A stretch of 64,000 nucleotides of DNA, from the NCBI GenBank assembly GCA_049600935.1, contig JBMYQB010000002.1:14302-78301 (forward strand). The letters run 5' to 3'. A program made the translations under genes and the position numbers. The stretch is from Poseidonia sp. (GTDB taxonomy: Archaea; Thermoplasmatota; Poseidoniia; Poseidoniales; Poseidoniaceae). Positions 30,001-35,898 of the stretch are shown piece by piece (the first letter of the stretch is position 1; each line of letters starts with the position of its first letter). The notes under the pieces are model-generated. The model worked only from the letters and a program-made list of their open reading frames with translations. It was not told the DNA's origin and did not search any database.

Positions 30001-30178
30001 CTGAAATGTGCGTATCAGCGTGAACACTGTGATAGGATACGGCTCGACGTATGTTCTGTTCATCCTCCAGTTCCGACCAACCTTCCATCGTTTGTGGAAG
30101 CGACAAATCGGCAAAAATAAACATCAAGACAAGCAAAAGCGCCGTGGCTTTGGGACGAAGGATTCGTACGCTACGCAT
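21032..30178 (-). CDS. Giant (3048 aa from the ATG) surface adhesin-like protein: signal peptide, 7 DNRLRE-like domains alternating with 6 FN3-like domains, about 8-9 Ig-like domains, TM, acidic/Pro-rich/WW-like cytoplasmic tail
   Basis: Single uninterrupted ORF. The track start at 30187 is TTG; the first ATG is at 30178 (MRSVRILRPKATALLLVLMFIFADLSL). DNRLRE-like openings: ADTHISAGSPTTTYN...ESRLLLRF, MDTYIDSAATNDNFDG, VDTYVIENGTGSDD, HDTYLDTGTIYTDRGSSSSLYV, EIDSNATVNRGSSSSMVLGV...ESRILMEFDL, QDTVLYSEYPDTNFAG. FN3-like ends: HMRVRAVDSNDQWGPW, YFWRMATVDSDDHYGEW, WYWRVRAVSATNQIGNW, IRWMVQPINNG, QYWRIRADQGERIGEW, FSWWVQGVNQS. TM helix YYVGAGLLGLVGVVLLGLGVSF. Confidence 0.85.
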   Translation of the reverse strand: MRSVRILRPKATALLLVLMFIFADLSLPQTMEGWSELEDEQNIRRAVSYHSVHADTHISAGSPTTTYNTSTTGTLADGPAQESRLLLRFPMNFTASDTVHEASVDLQCTTDALGPTELTAYVASMNRFWNGSFASWVAHENNQLWATAGAEGAGDRGDWEPPTTLTGNGTLTLNVTSLAQQAARSNSSYLSLVVASFGTSYDCAMSEAVNASSRPQLTIDTTNGTAASNGATVSTDLPVEDGAPWMESDFLLKPVTTPTLSYDQNTGTDVEIQLSNDDDWRSETDEAWHFSTLWSTFASTGTSGAYNLPSSLALENGTTIHMRVRAVDSNDQWGPWDSTSFLLPTLNVVDNGDGTATMSFGPTDTGLELDFLQDATVSETSKTITYGDGSTLEASMTSSKERLVHIRASLNQLGLHDNLTIVNAELKLTRSSYTGDPVVSLHGMEESGLWNEEEVTWNRMSTTGFQWYDGGRSNGTATLALADGNQSSSSFTFDLDHAVQNYLDGGDEDPLDMLMAVRGKYESYTNGEGIVFHSAEASNPSDVPSFSLTYEWGSGTPPASVNLTAPADGLAVWNQTGHNLSGNTQPTLNWTAPASGDDIIFELATDEDFRLREVRVDTRVDTDFSPSDQTLAMTGSKTLEVGNMYFWRMATVDSDDHYGEWISSSFLISSAESTWLGGDRYEFRLKHGNGSQDNQYPECMDTYIDSAATNDNFDGDSEMTIDYNPTGGEITGLLGCNLVSNLLPDGYAVESAHLSLILTSTTFGSPTIGVWESNQNDWNAEDATWASYDGSNSWDTAGAKGLDRGSLLDSVAVGTSYSEGDDVEWNVTLAVQNAMREDRRVDFIAGMLGAGSGGARTAYFSTAEDSMSNRPELSFVYVPGSDALPSDPSPSLPLNGSWSIGSGVDLTPITQPDLAWNFAGTMALAGYIVQLDTQSDFASVNALTYTSWNDAGFDVTNKTFSPQSDLDDGKTWYWRVRAVSATNQIGNWSSSYHFQLPDLNTVVYNATKASVELRHHGALPHLNTPHLVDTYVIENGTGSDDTHENATTLSVGEVSTGYQSAALIRIPLAEVPQPSGARVTGAELSLFAEYGSVEGEPVAIRPVLQPWTTSANATTYDGTNNWSERGGRDIGVDIGGYVDLVDSVADDWMDFDVTEAVQAALANSQNHLSLMVYTSSQTTDEITFTSTEGSATERPYLTLIWEDGTVATPTSSGVNVGPSNATLVWDTTSHALQADRSPTFSWTYSGTTTATDWRLFIQADANDDMAGLYTYDSRTSPADFDTTNLTFTPSSDLTFAQEIRWMVQPINNGMLGPRSASTIFYLPNDVGEEVNSTHATLSIQEGNIVPSLSYPSVTHDTYLDTGTIYTDRGSSSSLYVGLSQISTSNPNLRSMTLMNMNFSALPMPGTYEVVNASLEFNVLNTHQSTLVAVSEMDSAWTESSVHAYPAGNTSSWIQSGGFSLRDADVPFNAPQWVNDTGSVAFNVTALVQHALNNNMAELDVLLFAVELDSGVDGRVQFASSEASNIEVRPRLNLTYRTTTAWTPSSPTGLLPADGSTLWNTSQPRPSGLNDSDFSWTTSYSNETQLVACASEDPLFLDEEKTNCYNSNDILAGLYDNITIDLANNTVNSGELGKGDYWQYWRIRADQGERIGEWSVVHKYRNPTDQGSDDGNGNHTLNISRGSIFEQTGLLPSVPDVEIDSNATVNRGSSSSMVLGVNSLGTGESRILMEFDLTNIPWPSAMTPTQMMLRMYQTNVGGSASTTIAAYPCSGFTESTVVWLTAPSCSTSEITRSTLTLASPVGWMEWDLTSLAQTNIANGNTTMTFMLKMVGTSGSSHSFYSSDFSNASFHPHLVLDYVDNVNGIVPPAQPMLTGPLDGAVLYAENDGLLSASTQPALTWTPVSGATGYIVTVANQTGVYKFKSWEDSEITNTTFRFSNNLSEGQLFSWWVQGVNQSIPGPSSSRWSFAVGDPDHTYNNDYTFTYTFQTGSEIAAFGHTNIQDTVLYSEYPDTNFAGETTISAGDFCGTLWADECRINIGLNAAQIPFASYQQVHSASLGMYVESWTAVQGATSVSFAVHPIINTNWGQASATWNGTTGGVLWGAPGMASGTDYGDAVSTTVVNVDTTGWLWFDISTLGMTTTNHQAWIIIATPNQGHAHASFYSGSAVNVDYRPKILFNTTNITSVAISPSGTLSTDADTAVNFNSVAYDHQSMVQAPPMTWSSSSGSIGSNGLFTPNLVGTVSITSCFGLVCGTQTINVTAGAPTDLIVTPLSATISADDTLTITAHMVDQHGNTVPGESITYTPTNGSMSAVMPNIFQPYAVGSHVVRVAHDVPSGEFVDVAVTVEAGAPSYFELSGCEGTVPAGVLCDININLYDQFGNALDIGDAGNLTWSTTNGNYSEINQQYFPDHVGVWWLNLTSVSGAKDELQITVGHGAIDYLELDASSTSITADDRIYINTTRVDVRGNRLPVVLPADNWTKTSDGQLTPGAPAIWDPVKTGSKILEARYETELTQIIIDVEKGKTQALRITVDDEISTWMHFDITADDTLEAKIFAIDGKGNQWAVPESNWSLDHPTIENPSNFLEVLTGDSTTFTPYYASDLPYTLIATYSDAETDLSVAINITVDHGMLNTVTIEGVANDPLRSTGAVIEMTSDYAIDFSSELFDTDNNRISSDELTWLEVNVDSGDVRDITTQLLLDEMRWEATTVGEWRIEAFSISGTGFNITDSVAITVLHGEAVTVAADLSTTSPTAGDRVDIQVTGTDADGNQFAQNVEWTEDGESVPTLSIITTSEGTYTYDAEVAGVHTLEYSVGGAVSTAEITVSAQSIVARLEVNLSTDRLEQLESLDVSIRAFDAFDNEIPVPGSVQVEATGRGTTIMTSSELWSVTTLDDGPQTITVSVGAVRVNEEITVDGNLQGFFEAGGTLYYVGAGLLGLVGVVLLGLGVSFMRNNRMSDDWDDDDYDDEDDERPSGPTGPAPGPTGPAPGPTGPAPGPSGPPAEEAPPEEEEEEEPDTTFDEDGTEWWEDDDGTWWYRNPGEEDWQEYSE
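21177..21260 (-). repeat. In-frame 21-bp tandem repeat (about 3.5-4 copies) encoding the heptad GPTGPAP in the giant protein's tail
   Basis: Units ggcgctgggccggttggacct (21198-21218), ggcgctgggccggttgggccc (21219-21239) and ggtgctggaccggttggaccg (21240-21260), plus a degenerate copy upstream. Peptide: PSGPTGPAPGPTGPAPGPTGPAPGPSGPP. Confidence 0.9.
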
Positions 30179-30312
30179 GGGACTCAACCCTTACACCACT
30201 CCCCATTATAGGGACTTTTCCCTTTCAAGGGTTGATAGGTCCGCTTCAGAGGCGATGTTTTCGTCCTCATTTCGTGGTGATGATGCATGCGAATGTTGAA
30301 GGAGGCTCGTCA

Positions 30313-31284
30313 ATGAGAAGCAACAGCATGAGCGAACTTTGGGTTGAGAAACACCGACCACAATCGGTCGCTCAAATCAAAGGTCAAGCGGCCGTTGTTC
30401 AGCGCCTCGGCACGTATGCTGGAAACAAGAATTTTCCACACCTGCTCTTTGCTGGTCCGCCAGGCACGGGCAAAACCACGGCGGCCATGGCGTTGACCAA
30501 GGACATCTTTGGAGAAGACTTCCGCCAGAACCTGCTCGAAATGAACGCCTCAGATGAGCGGAAATTGGAGAGCATTCGCACCAAGGTCAAACAGTTCGCT
30601 CGAACCCAACCCTACGGCGGTGCAGCGTTCAAAATCATCTTCCTCGATGAGGCCGACGCGTTGACCAACGACGCCCAAGGAGCTCTACGCAGAATCATGG
30701 AGCAGTACGCTGAAACATGTCGATTCATTCTGTCGTGCAATTACTCCTCGAAGATCATTGAACCGATCCAGTCCCGATGCGCTGTTTTTCGTTTCCGCCC
30801 GCTCTCCGACGCTGATGTAGCCGCTCAAGTGGCGCATGTCGGCGGTTTGGAAAACCTAACGTTGGAAGAAGGAGCGGTCGAAGCGCTGACGCGTATCTCT
30901 CAAGGCGACCTGAGGAAAGCCTTGACAGCGCTGCAGGTCGCCGCTGCACTGAACACAACCGTCAGCCGAGAACTCGTCTACGAAACCTCAGCGACGGCGC
31001 CGCCAGAAGCCTTGCATCAGTACCTCATGGCCTGCAGAGACGACGGTTTTCACGTCGCCCGACGCCGTTTGAGAGAACTTCTGGACCAGTTTGGTCTGGC
31101 CGGTACCGATTTCGTCAATCAACTTCACCGGGAACTCTACAGCGCTGACTTTTTGGAAGAGCGCTCAAAATTGGCCCTGACCGAATGGATGGCTGAAATC
31201 GATTACCGCCTCGTCGAAGGTGGCGGTGAGCAAATCCAACTTGACGCCCTCACCGCACAGATCGTTCAACACCTTCGGCCTTGA
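30313..31284 (+). CDS. rfcS: Replication factor C small subunit
   Basis: WVEKHRPQS, Walker A GPPGTGKTT, IIFLDEADALT, SRC motif SRCAVFRF. ATG candidates at 30313 (MRSNSMSELW) and 30328. Normal length, no intein. Confidence 0.9.
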   Translation: MRSNSMSELWVEKHRPQSVAQIKGQAAVVQRLGTYAGNKNFPHLLFAGPPGTGKTTAAMALTKDIFGEDFRQNLLEMNASDERKLESIRTKVKQFARTQPYGGAAFKIIFLDEADALTNDAQGALRRIMEQYAETCRFILSCNYSSKIIEPIQSRCAVFRFRPLSDADVAAQVAHVGGLENLTLEEGAVEALTRISQGDLRKALTALQVAAALNTTVSRELVYETSATAPPEALHQYLMACRDDGFHVARRRLRELLDQFGLAGTDFVNQLHRELYSADFLEERSKLALTEWMAEIDYRLVEGGGEQIQLDALTAQIVQHLRP

Positions 31285-31319
31285 ATCACTTTCAGTTTCG
31301 CCGAAAGGGTGTGCCCAAC

Positions 31320-31508
31320 TCAACTGTACCCTGAGCCATTGGGGAGACCATGGCTCACCTGTTTACGAGACTTGAAAACGCACTCTGCTGGACCGTTCTC
31401 GCACCCCTCGTTCGCGCCCGTAGGGGTCGACTTGAACGTCGCATCACGCAAGAGTTGCACGACAAGGAACGCATCGACCGTGTGCTCAATGACATCGTAA
31501 TGCATCAC
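31320..31508 (-). CDS. Possible small protein (62 aa), unknown function
   Basis: The ORF begins 7 nt after the stop of the upstream same-strand gene (31515) and fills an otherwise empty 230-bp gap. Predicted N-terminal helix IEHTVDAFLVVQLLRDATF. No homology recognised. A competing plus-strand ORF (31309-31500) also exists. Confidence 0.25.
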   Translation of the reverse strand: MMHYDVIEHTVDAFLVVQLLRDATFKSTPTGANEGCENGPAECVFKSRKQVSHGLPNGSGYS

Positions 31509-31514
31509 GCTGAC

Positions 31515-32423
31515 CTACTCTGCTGAGACGTCGGGTGGGTTAACCGAAAACGTCCAAGTATAGGTTCGAGTGTTCTCCCACGGGTCGCCCTGTTCGAGGA
31601 TGTCGACGACCACGGTATGGGTGCCAACAGCGAGGTTATCCCCGAGGAAGATAGCAAAGGGCAAGTCAAGGTCAGCGTGTGGAAGAAGGATGGGTGCGGA
31701 TTTGTTGCTGGCGGTTCTCCATGTGCGAACATCGGTGCCGTGTTCTTCCCAAAAGGAATCGTCAGAATCGATCACAGACTCGGTATTTTGAAACTGGTGA
31801 GTAACCGTCACGTTCGCACCCGTATCGTCCACGTTATCCGCCAACCCAAACAGCAGCCATGCACCGCCCTGAACGCGTTCACCGCTTTCAAGCGTCCATT
31901 GATTCTCTACGCCACTCACCTTGTCGGCAAAGGTGTAGGTGCCATCGTGCTCAATGACAACACCCCATTCATCAGCGAGTTGAGGAGCGACGATGTCGCC
32001 AAACGGTGGGTTGACCACCAGGAAGGAAAGCGAGAGGAAGGTGAAGGTGTAGAGGAAGAAGGCACGAAACCATGTCCCCTTCGTGTAGTGCTCCTTGAAC
32101 CGTTCCGGCATGACCATACGGTGGAGTTGAGGAATCAAAATCAGCATCGTCAACGGAAGAATGTAGAGTACATCCGTCTTGTCAAGGGTGGTGGAAGGCA
32201 TCAGAATGTAGCGCATCATCATGGTGACGAGAAACGCGTAGGCAATGACCAGCCACATGGAAGCCGTGTCGGCTCGCTCTTTCCCGTGGTACTTCACGGG
32301 GTCAAAGGGCTCAATACCTAAATCCGCTCCCGAGCGACGCTTTTTCTTTTCAGCGTTTTTGGCCCCATCACGTTTCATGCGCTCGGCTTGCGCCGCCGCC
32401 ATGGCCGTTTTGAGGTCCACCAT
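31515..32423 (-). CDS. Hypothetical membrane protein (Lys-rich N-terminus, about 3 TM, extracytoplasmic beta-rich C-terminal domain)
   Basis: The track start at 32444 is TTG; the first ATG is at 32423 (MVDLKTAMAAAQAERMKRDGAKNAEKKKRR). TM segments MWLVIAYAFLVTMMM, VLYILPLTMLILIPQL and FFLYTFTFLSLSFLVV. Confidence 0.6.
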   Translation of the reverse strand: MVDLKTAMAAAQAERMKRDGAKNAEKKKRRSGADLGIEPFDPVKYHGKERADTASMWLVIAYAFLVTMMMRYILMPSTTLDKTDVLYILPLTMLILIPQLHRMVMPERFKEHYTKGTWFRAFFLYTFTFLSLSFLVVNPPFGDIVAPQLADEWGVVIEHDGTYTFADKVSGVENQWTLESGERVQGGAWLLFGLADNVDDTGANVTVTHQFQNTESVIDSDDSFWEEHGTDVRTWRTASNKSAPILLPHADLDLPFAIFLGDNLAVGTHTVVVDILEQGDPWENTRTYTWTFSVNPPDVSAE

Positions 32424-32507
32424 GCCCAAAGCGGAACCGAGCAAGTGTTAGAACACTACGGTTGGTTTTTGTCCGAATGGCAGAGGTTCTCCACGGGTTT
32501 TTCTTCC

Positions 32508-32520
32508 GATTTGTTCAAAG
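32508..32520 (+). promoter_or_regulatory. A/T-rich box (GATTTGTTCAAAG) about 26-38 nt upstream of the tRNA 5' end; candidate TATA element
   Basis: This is the only A/T-rich patch at the distance expected for an archaeal TATA box relative to 32546. Confidence 0.3.
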
Positions 32521-32545
32521 AGGGAATGGCTCACCCACGGGACAG

Positions 32546-32675
32546 GCCGGGGTGGCGTAGTTGGTAGCGCGTCGGACTCATAGGGCAGCCTCCAAGGCGA
32601 TCGTATGACGTGCAAGCCCCTTGTGGTGTCTGAGACATCCGAAGGTCGCGGGTTCGAGCCCCGCTCCCGGCACCA
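32546..32675 (+). tRNA. tRNA with CAU anticodon (elongator Met type, or Ile2 if C34 is agmatinylated), carrying a 54-nt intron (32583-32636) at the canonical 37/38 position; CCA is encoded
   Basis: Folded by hand. Acceptor GCCGGGG/TCCCGGC, D arm GCGT-AGTTGGTA-GCGC, anticodon stem TCGGA/TCCGA, loop CTCATA|intron|A, variable AGGTC, T arm GCGGG-TTCGAGC-CCCGC, then ACCA. Not an initiator: G1-C72, and no GGG/CCC in the anticodon stem. Confidence 0.9.
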
Positions 32676-32736
32676 CCCGCTGCACGCCCATGCTGAACAC
32701 TCAAAATGAGAGACAGATTGGGATAGGTTGAGCGAC

Positions 32737-33435
32737 ATGTCAGACGCATTACTACGAATGGAGAACATTCAGCGGCACTACGAGACCCCGGCCGGCGTGG
32801 TCAAGGCCTTGGACGGCGTAACTTTTGAGATTCATGCGGGTGAACGCGTCATCCTGCTCGGCCCGTCGGGTTCGGGAAAGACCACGTTGCTCAACTGTCT
32901 CTCAGCCTTGGACAGTCCAACCGGCGGCTCCTACACCTTCTTGGGGAGCGAGGTCCCCCGTGCTCACTCGGAAAAAATGACCTCGTTTCGACGCGACAAC
33001 ATCGGTTATGTCTTTCAATTCTTTAACCTGCTTCAAGACTTGACGGTGCTCGAAAACATCCTGCTGATTCAGGAATTGGCCGGCAAGAAAGACCCTGCCC
33101 GCGCTAAGGAACTGCTCGGCTTGGTGGGCTTGGATGCAGAAGTCAACCGATTCCCCGGTGAGATCAGCGGCGGACAACAACAGCGAGTCGCCATTGCCCG
33201 AAGTATCGCCAAGCGGCCCACGCTCCTTCTGGGAGACGAACTGACGGGCAACCTCGATACGGAAACTTCCAACAACGTCATGGAGGCCTTGGTCAGCGCT
33301 TGCAAGCAGGAAAACATCACCTCGGTGTTCGTCACCCACGACGAAGGTTTGGTCAGGTACGCCACCCGTGTGATTCGCATTGACAGTGGAAAAATTGTCT
33401 CTGACGAACGCCTCAACAACGACGAAGAAGCCTGA
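32737..33435 (+). CDS. ABC transporter ATP-binding protein, MacB/LolD/FtsE-like
   Basis: Walker A GPSGSGKTT, signature ISGGQQQRVAIARS, Walker B LLLGDELTGNLD, H-loop VTHD. The track start at 32728 is TTG; the ATG is at 32737. Confidence 0.9.
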   Translation: MSDALLRMENIQRHYETPAGVVKALDGVTFEIHAGERVILLGPSGSGKTTLLNCLSALDSPTGGSYTFLGSEVPRAHSEKMTSFRRDNIGYVFQFFNLLQDLTVLENILLIQELAGKKDPARAKELLGLVGLDAEVNRFPGEISGGQQQRVAIARSIAKRPTLLLGDELTGNLDTETSNNVMEALVSACKQENITSVFVTHDEGLVRYATRVIRIDSGKIVSDERLNNDEEA

Positions 33436-33444
33436 GGTGGTACG

Positions 33445-35886
33445 ATGTCAAATCTTCTGAATAAACGTCTGGCGAGGAGCCTGTGGCGAACCAAACTTCG
33501 CCTCCTGGCCGTCGTTTTGATGGTCTCCGTTGGTGTGTTTGCTGGCATCACCTTCGGCGGCTATTCGCACAACGTCGAAGGAATGTACGAGACCCTCCAG
33601 GGCGATGACGAGGAAGGCGCCAACCTCGCTGATTTGTGGATTGACAACCGAAGCGCTTCATGGTCGACAGACCAGGTGAACACCTTCTGTGACGCATTGG
33701 AAACATCGTGGCCCTCAGACATCGCAGCCCTCGACTCCTGTGAAGGACGAAGCATCGTTCAAGGCACCATGTTCCACACCAATGAAACCGGCACCCACAT
33801 CATCAATTCCCTTTGGCACGGCATCCCCGATGACGCCAACGCCGACAGGGTATGGATGCCTGAAGGCCACACCGAAGGAAGGGTGGCCTCAAGTGCGGAT
33901 GAAATTGTCATTGACGCTCACGTTGTGGAGGCGCTTGATTTGTCCCTCGGGGACACCGTCACCATCGGTGCCGGCAGCGCATCACTGGAGTTCAGCATCG
34001 TTGGCATTGGCTATCATCCGCTTCACGTGTTCATGGCCCCCGAGGGATCTCTCTTTCCACCAGAAGCAGGGCAATACGTCGTCGGCTATGTCTCCGACAG
34101 CGGCATGGCCCGCTTGACCAACACCTCCCTTGGCGACAGCAACACCCTTCTCCTCGACGTGGAGGGCTCACCCTCCTTCGACCTCCCTGATACCGAAGCC
34201 TACGAAGGCGATGAAATCGATGCGGTCAAATCCCTCGTTTCTGACGCCCTCGACCTCGCTGAATTGGACGGTCGGGTCAGGGACAGAGGACAAAACGAAC
34301 CCGTTGAAATCATGCGTCAAGACCTTGAAAGCGCGAAGCGGTCCAGCGTCCCCTTCACCGTCATGATTGCGGCCATCGCCTCCATTACCATCGTGCTCAG
34401 TCTCCAACGACTTGTCCAAAGCCAAGCCAAAGAAATCGCGGTGCTGCGGACGCTTGGTGTGAATCGAACCTCCCTGATGACGGGCTACCTCATTGCTCCA
34501 CTTGCCATCGGTGCCGTAGGGTGCGGTCTTGGCGCCATAATGGGCCCGTGGGGTGTTAACGGCATGCTCAATTTCTACGAAGGCATCGTTGGCCTTCCCA
34601 TCACCGAACGGGAAGTACCGTTGTCCTTGTACACCAGCATCATAATGCCAACCATGCTGGTGGTGTTTCTCTCCGGTGCCTTCCCGGCTTGGAAGTCAAG
34701 TCGCCTTGACCCCCTTGAGGTCTTGAGCGGACAAAACCAGATGCGGGTGGGTTCCAACCTCTTGCGGCGCCTGACCTCATGGATGCCCACCACGCTGGGC
34801 CTTTCCATTCGTTCCAGCCTTCGCAAGCCCGTCCGATTGTTCATGACCTTCCTCGCCGTTGGCATTTCCCTGATGCTGTTCGGTTCTGTGCAAATGATGT
34901 CAGCAGGTCTGCAGGAAACCATCATCGGCGGGCTTGAGGACCAGCAATCCTGGGACGCTCAAGTCTACATCAGTGAGGGCGGAGAAGCCGAAATCATTGC
35001 ATGGGCTGAAGAACGTGGTGCCACCTACGAGCCTCTTATCGAAATGCCGCTCGGGTCCGTGGAAGATTCGGATGGCTTGGAGCGCGTCTTCACCTTGGTC
35101 GGCCTTGATTCCTTCGGGGACGGGATGCGCAACGTCAACGTCATTGAGGGCGCCCTACCACTGCCGAGTGACGATGCCAGTCAAGTCATGCTCGACGAAG
35201 GCGCCATGGTGTTCTTGGGATGGGATGTCGGTGAGAAACACACCGTCTCCATGAACGGTGCCGAACACGAAGTCAACGTTGTTGGCGTGACCCGTGGTGA
35301 ATTAGCTCGAACCATGTATTTCCTTCGAGGCGACCTTGGTGAGGCGTTGGGCGTGAATGCGACCTCGATGTACATCGCCCTACCCGACGGTGTCGAGGTG
35401 GATGCTTCACTCGCTGAAATCTCCATGGGCGTGGTTGAGCGTCAGACAATCATTGACGGCATGAACAGCCTTATTGAGCAACAGACGCAAGTTTTCCAGG
35501 CCATGATGTATCTGGGTTTGCTCTTCACCATCGCCGTTATGTTCAACACGATGATCATGAACATCGCAGAGCGTGACTTCGAGCTTGCAACCCTGCGGGT
35601 GTTGGGCGCATCAACACGAAGCCTCGGATTCATGTTGCTCTTTGAAAGCCTGCTCATCGGTATTATCGGTGGACTGGTCGGTGTGGCCTTTGCTTATGGT
35701 GGCGCCATTGGTTTGGCGGCTTCCTTCTCATCGTGGCAGTTCTTTGTCGCCATTGTAGTCGTGCCGAGCGTTGCCTACCAACTTATGGCTAGTGTGCTTA
35801 TCATCGCCGTCGCCATGACGCCCATCGGCATCTGGCGCTTGCGTCGCATGGACTTGGTTGAGAAAGTCAAGGACCTGTCTCAGTGA
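33445..35886 (+). CDS. ABC transporter permease with two FtsX-type modules and large extracytoplasmic domains (MacB/YbbP-like)
   Basis: 813 aa. Two blocks each have 4 hydrophobic helices following large soluble loops. Arrangement is typical of the FtsX domain: ...AVLRTLGVNRTSL... and ...ATLRVLGASTRSL... Lies 10 nt downstream of the ATPase gene. Confidence 0.85.
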   Translation: MSNLLNKRLARSLWRTKLRLLAVVLMVSVGVFAGITFGGYSHNVEGMYETLQGDDEEGANLADLWIDNRSASWSTDQVNTFCDALETSWPSDIAALDSCEGRSIVQGTMFHTNETGTHIINSLWHGIPDDANADRVWMPEGHTEGRVASSADEIVIDAHVVEALDLSLGDTVTIGAGSASLEFSIVGIGYHPLHVFMAPEGSLFPPEAGQYVVGYVSDSGMARLTNTSLGDSNTLLLDVEGSPSFDLPDTEAYEGDEIDAVKSLVSDALDLAELDGRVRDRGQNEPVEIMRQDLESAKRSSVPFTVMIAAIASITIVLSLQRLVQSQAKEIAVLRTLGVNRTSLMTGYLIAPLAIGAVGCGLGAIMGPWGVNGMLNFYEGIVGLPITEREVPLSLYTSIIMPTMLVVFLSGAFPAWKSSRLDPLEVLSGQNQMRVGSNLLRRLTSWMPTTLGLSIRSSLRKPVRLFMTFLAVGISLMLFGSVQMMSAGLQETIIGGLEDQQSWDAQVYISEGGEAEIIAWAEERGATYEPLIEMPLGSVEDSDGLERVFTLVGLDSFGDGMRNVNVIEGALPLPSDDASQVMLDEGAMVFLGWDVGEKHTVSMNGAEHEVNVVGVTRGELARTMYFLRGDLGEALGVNATSMYIALPDGVEVDASLAEISMGVVERQTIIDGMNSLIEQQTQVFQAMMYLGLLFTIAVMFNTMIMNIAERDFELATLRVLGASTRSLGFMLLFESLLIGIIGGLVGVAFAYGGAIGLAASFSSWQFFVAIVVVPSVAYQLMASVLIIAVAMTPIGIWRLRRMDLVEKVKDLSQ

Positions 35887-35898
35887 AGCGATTCATTC

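Noticed and set aside
30184-30235. 9-bp inverted repeat TCAACCCTT / AAGGGTTGA flanking an ATTATA element upstream of the giant gene
   Set aside because: The left arm overlaps the TTG/ATG start region of the gene. The ATTATA is only about 27-32 nt from the ATG at 30178, which fits a TATA box but is weak alone. A 9-mer inverted repeat at this distance is not clearly beyond chance, so I do not call it a regulatory site.
30313-31284. Inteins in RFC small subunit or PolD DP1 (49497-51092), which are common in archaea
   Set aside because: Both proteins have normal lengths, and their conserved motifs are contiguous (GPPGTGKTT...DEAD...SRC, and the four phosphoesterase motifs).
32583-32636. Possible box C/D guide RNA inside the tRNA intron (as in some archaeal pre-tRNA introns)
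   Set aside because: Only a degenerate C-like box (UAUGACG) and a CUGA that is already used in the BHB central helix are present. The sequence upstream of CUGA is not complementary to the anticodon-loop region. No C'/D' pair was found.
32448-32768. Two minus-strand ORFs (106 and 72 aa) in the track
   Set aside because: They lie across the intron-containing tRNA(CAU) gene and its flanks, so they are artefacts.
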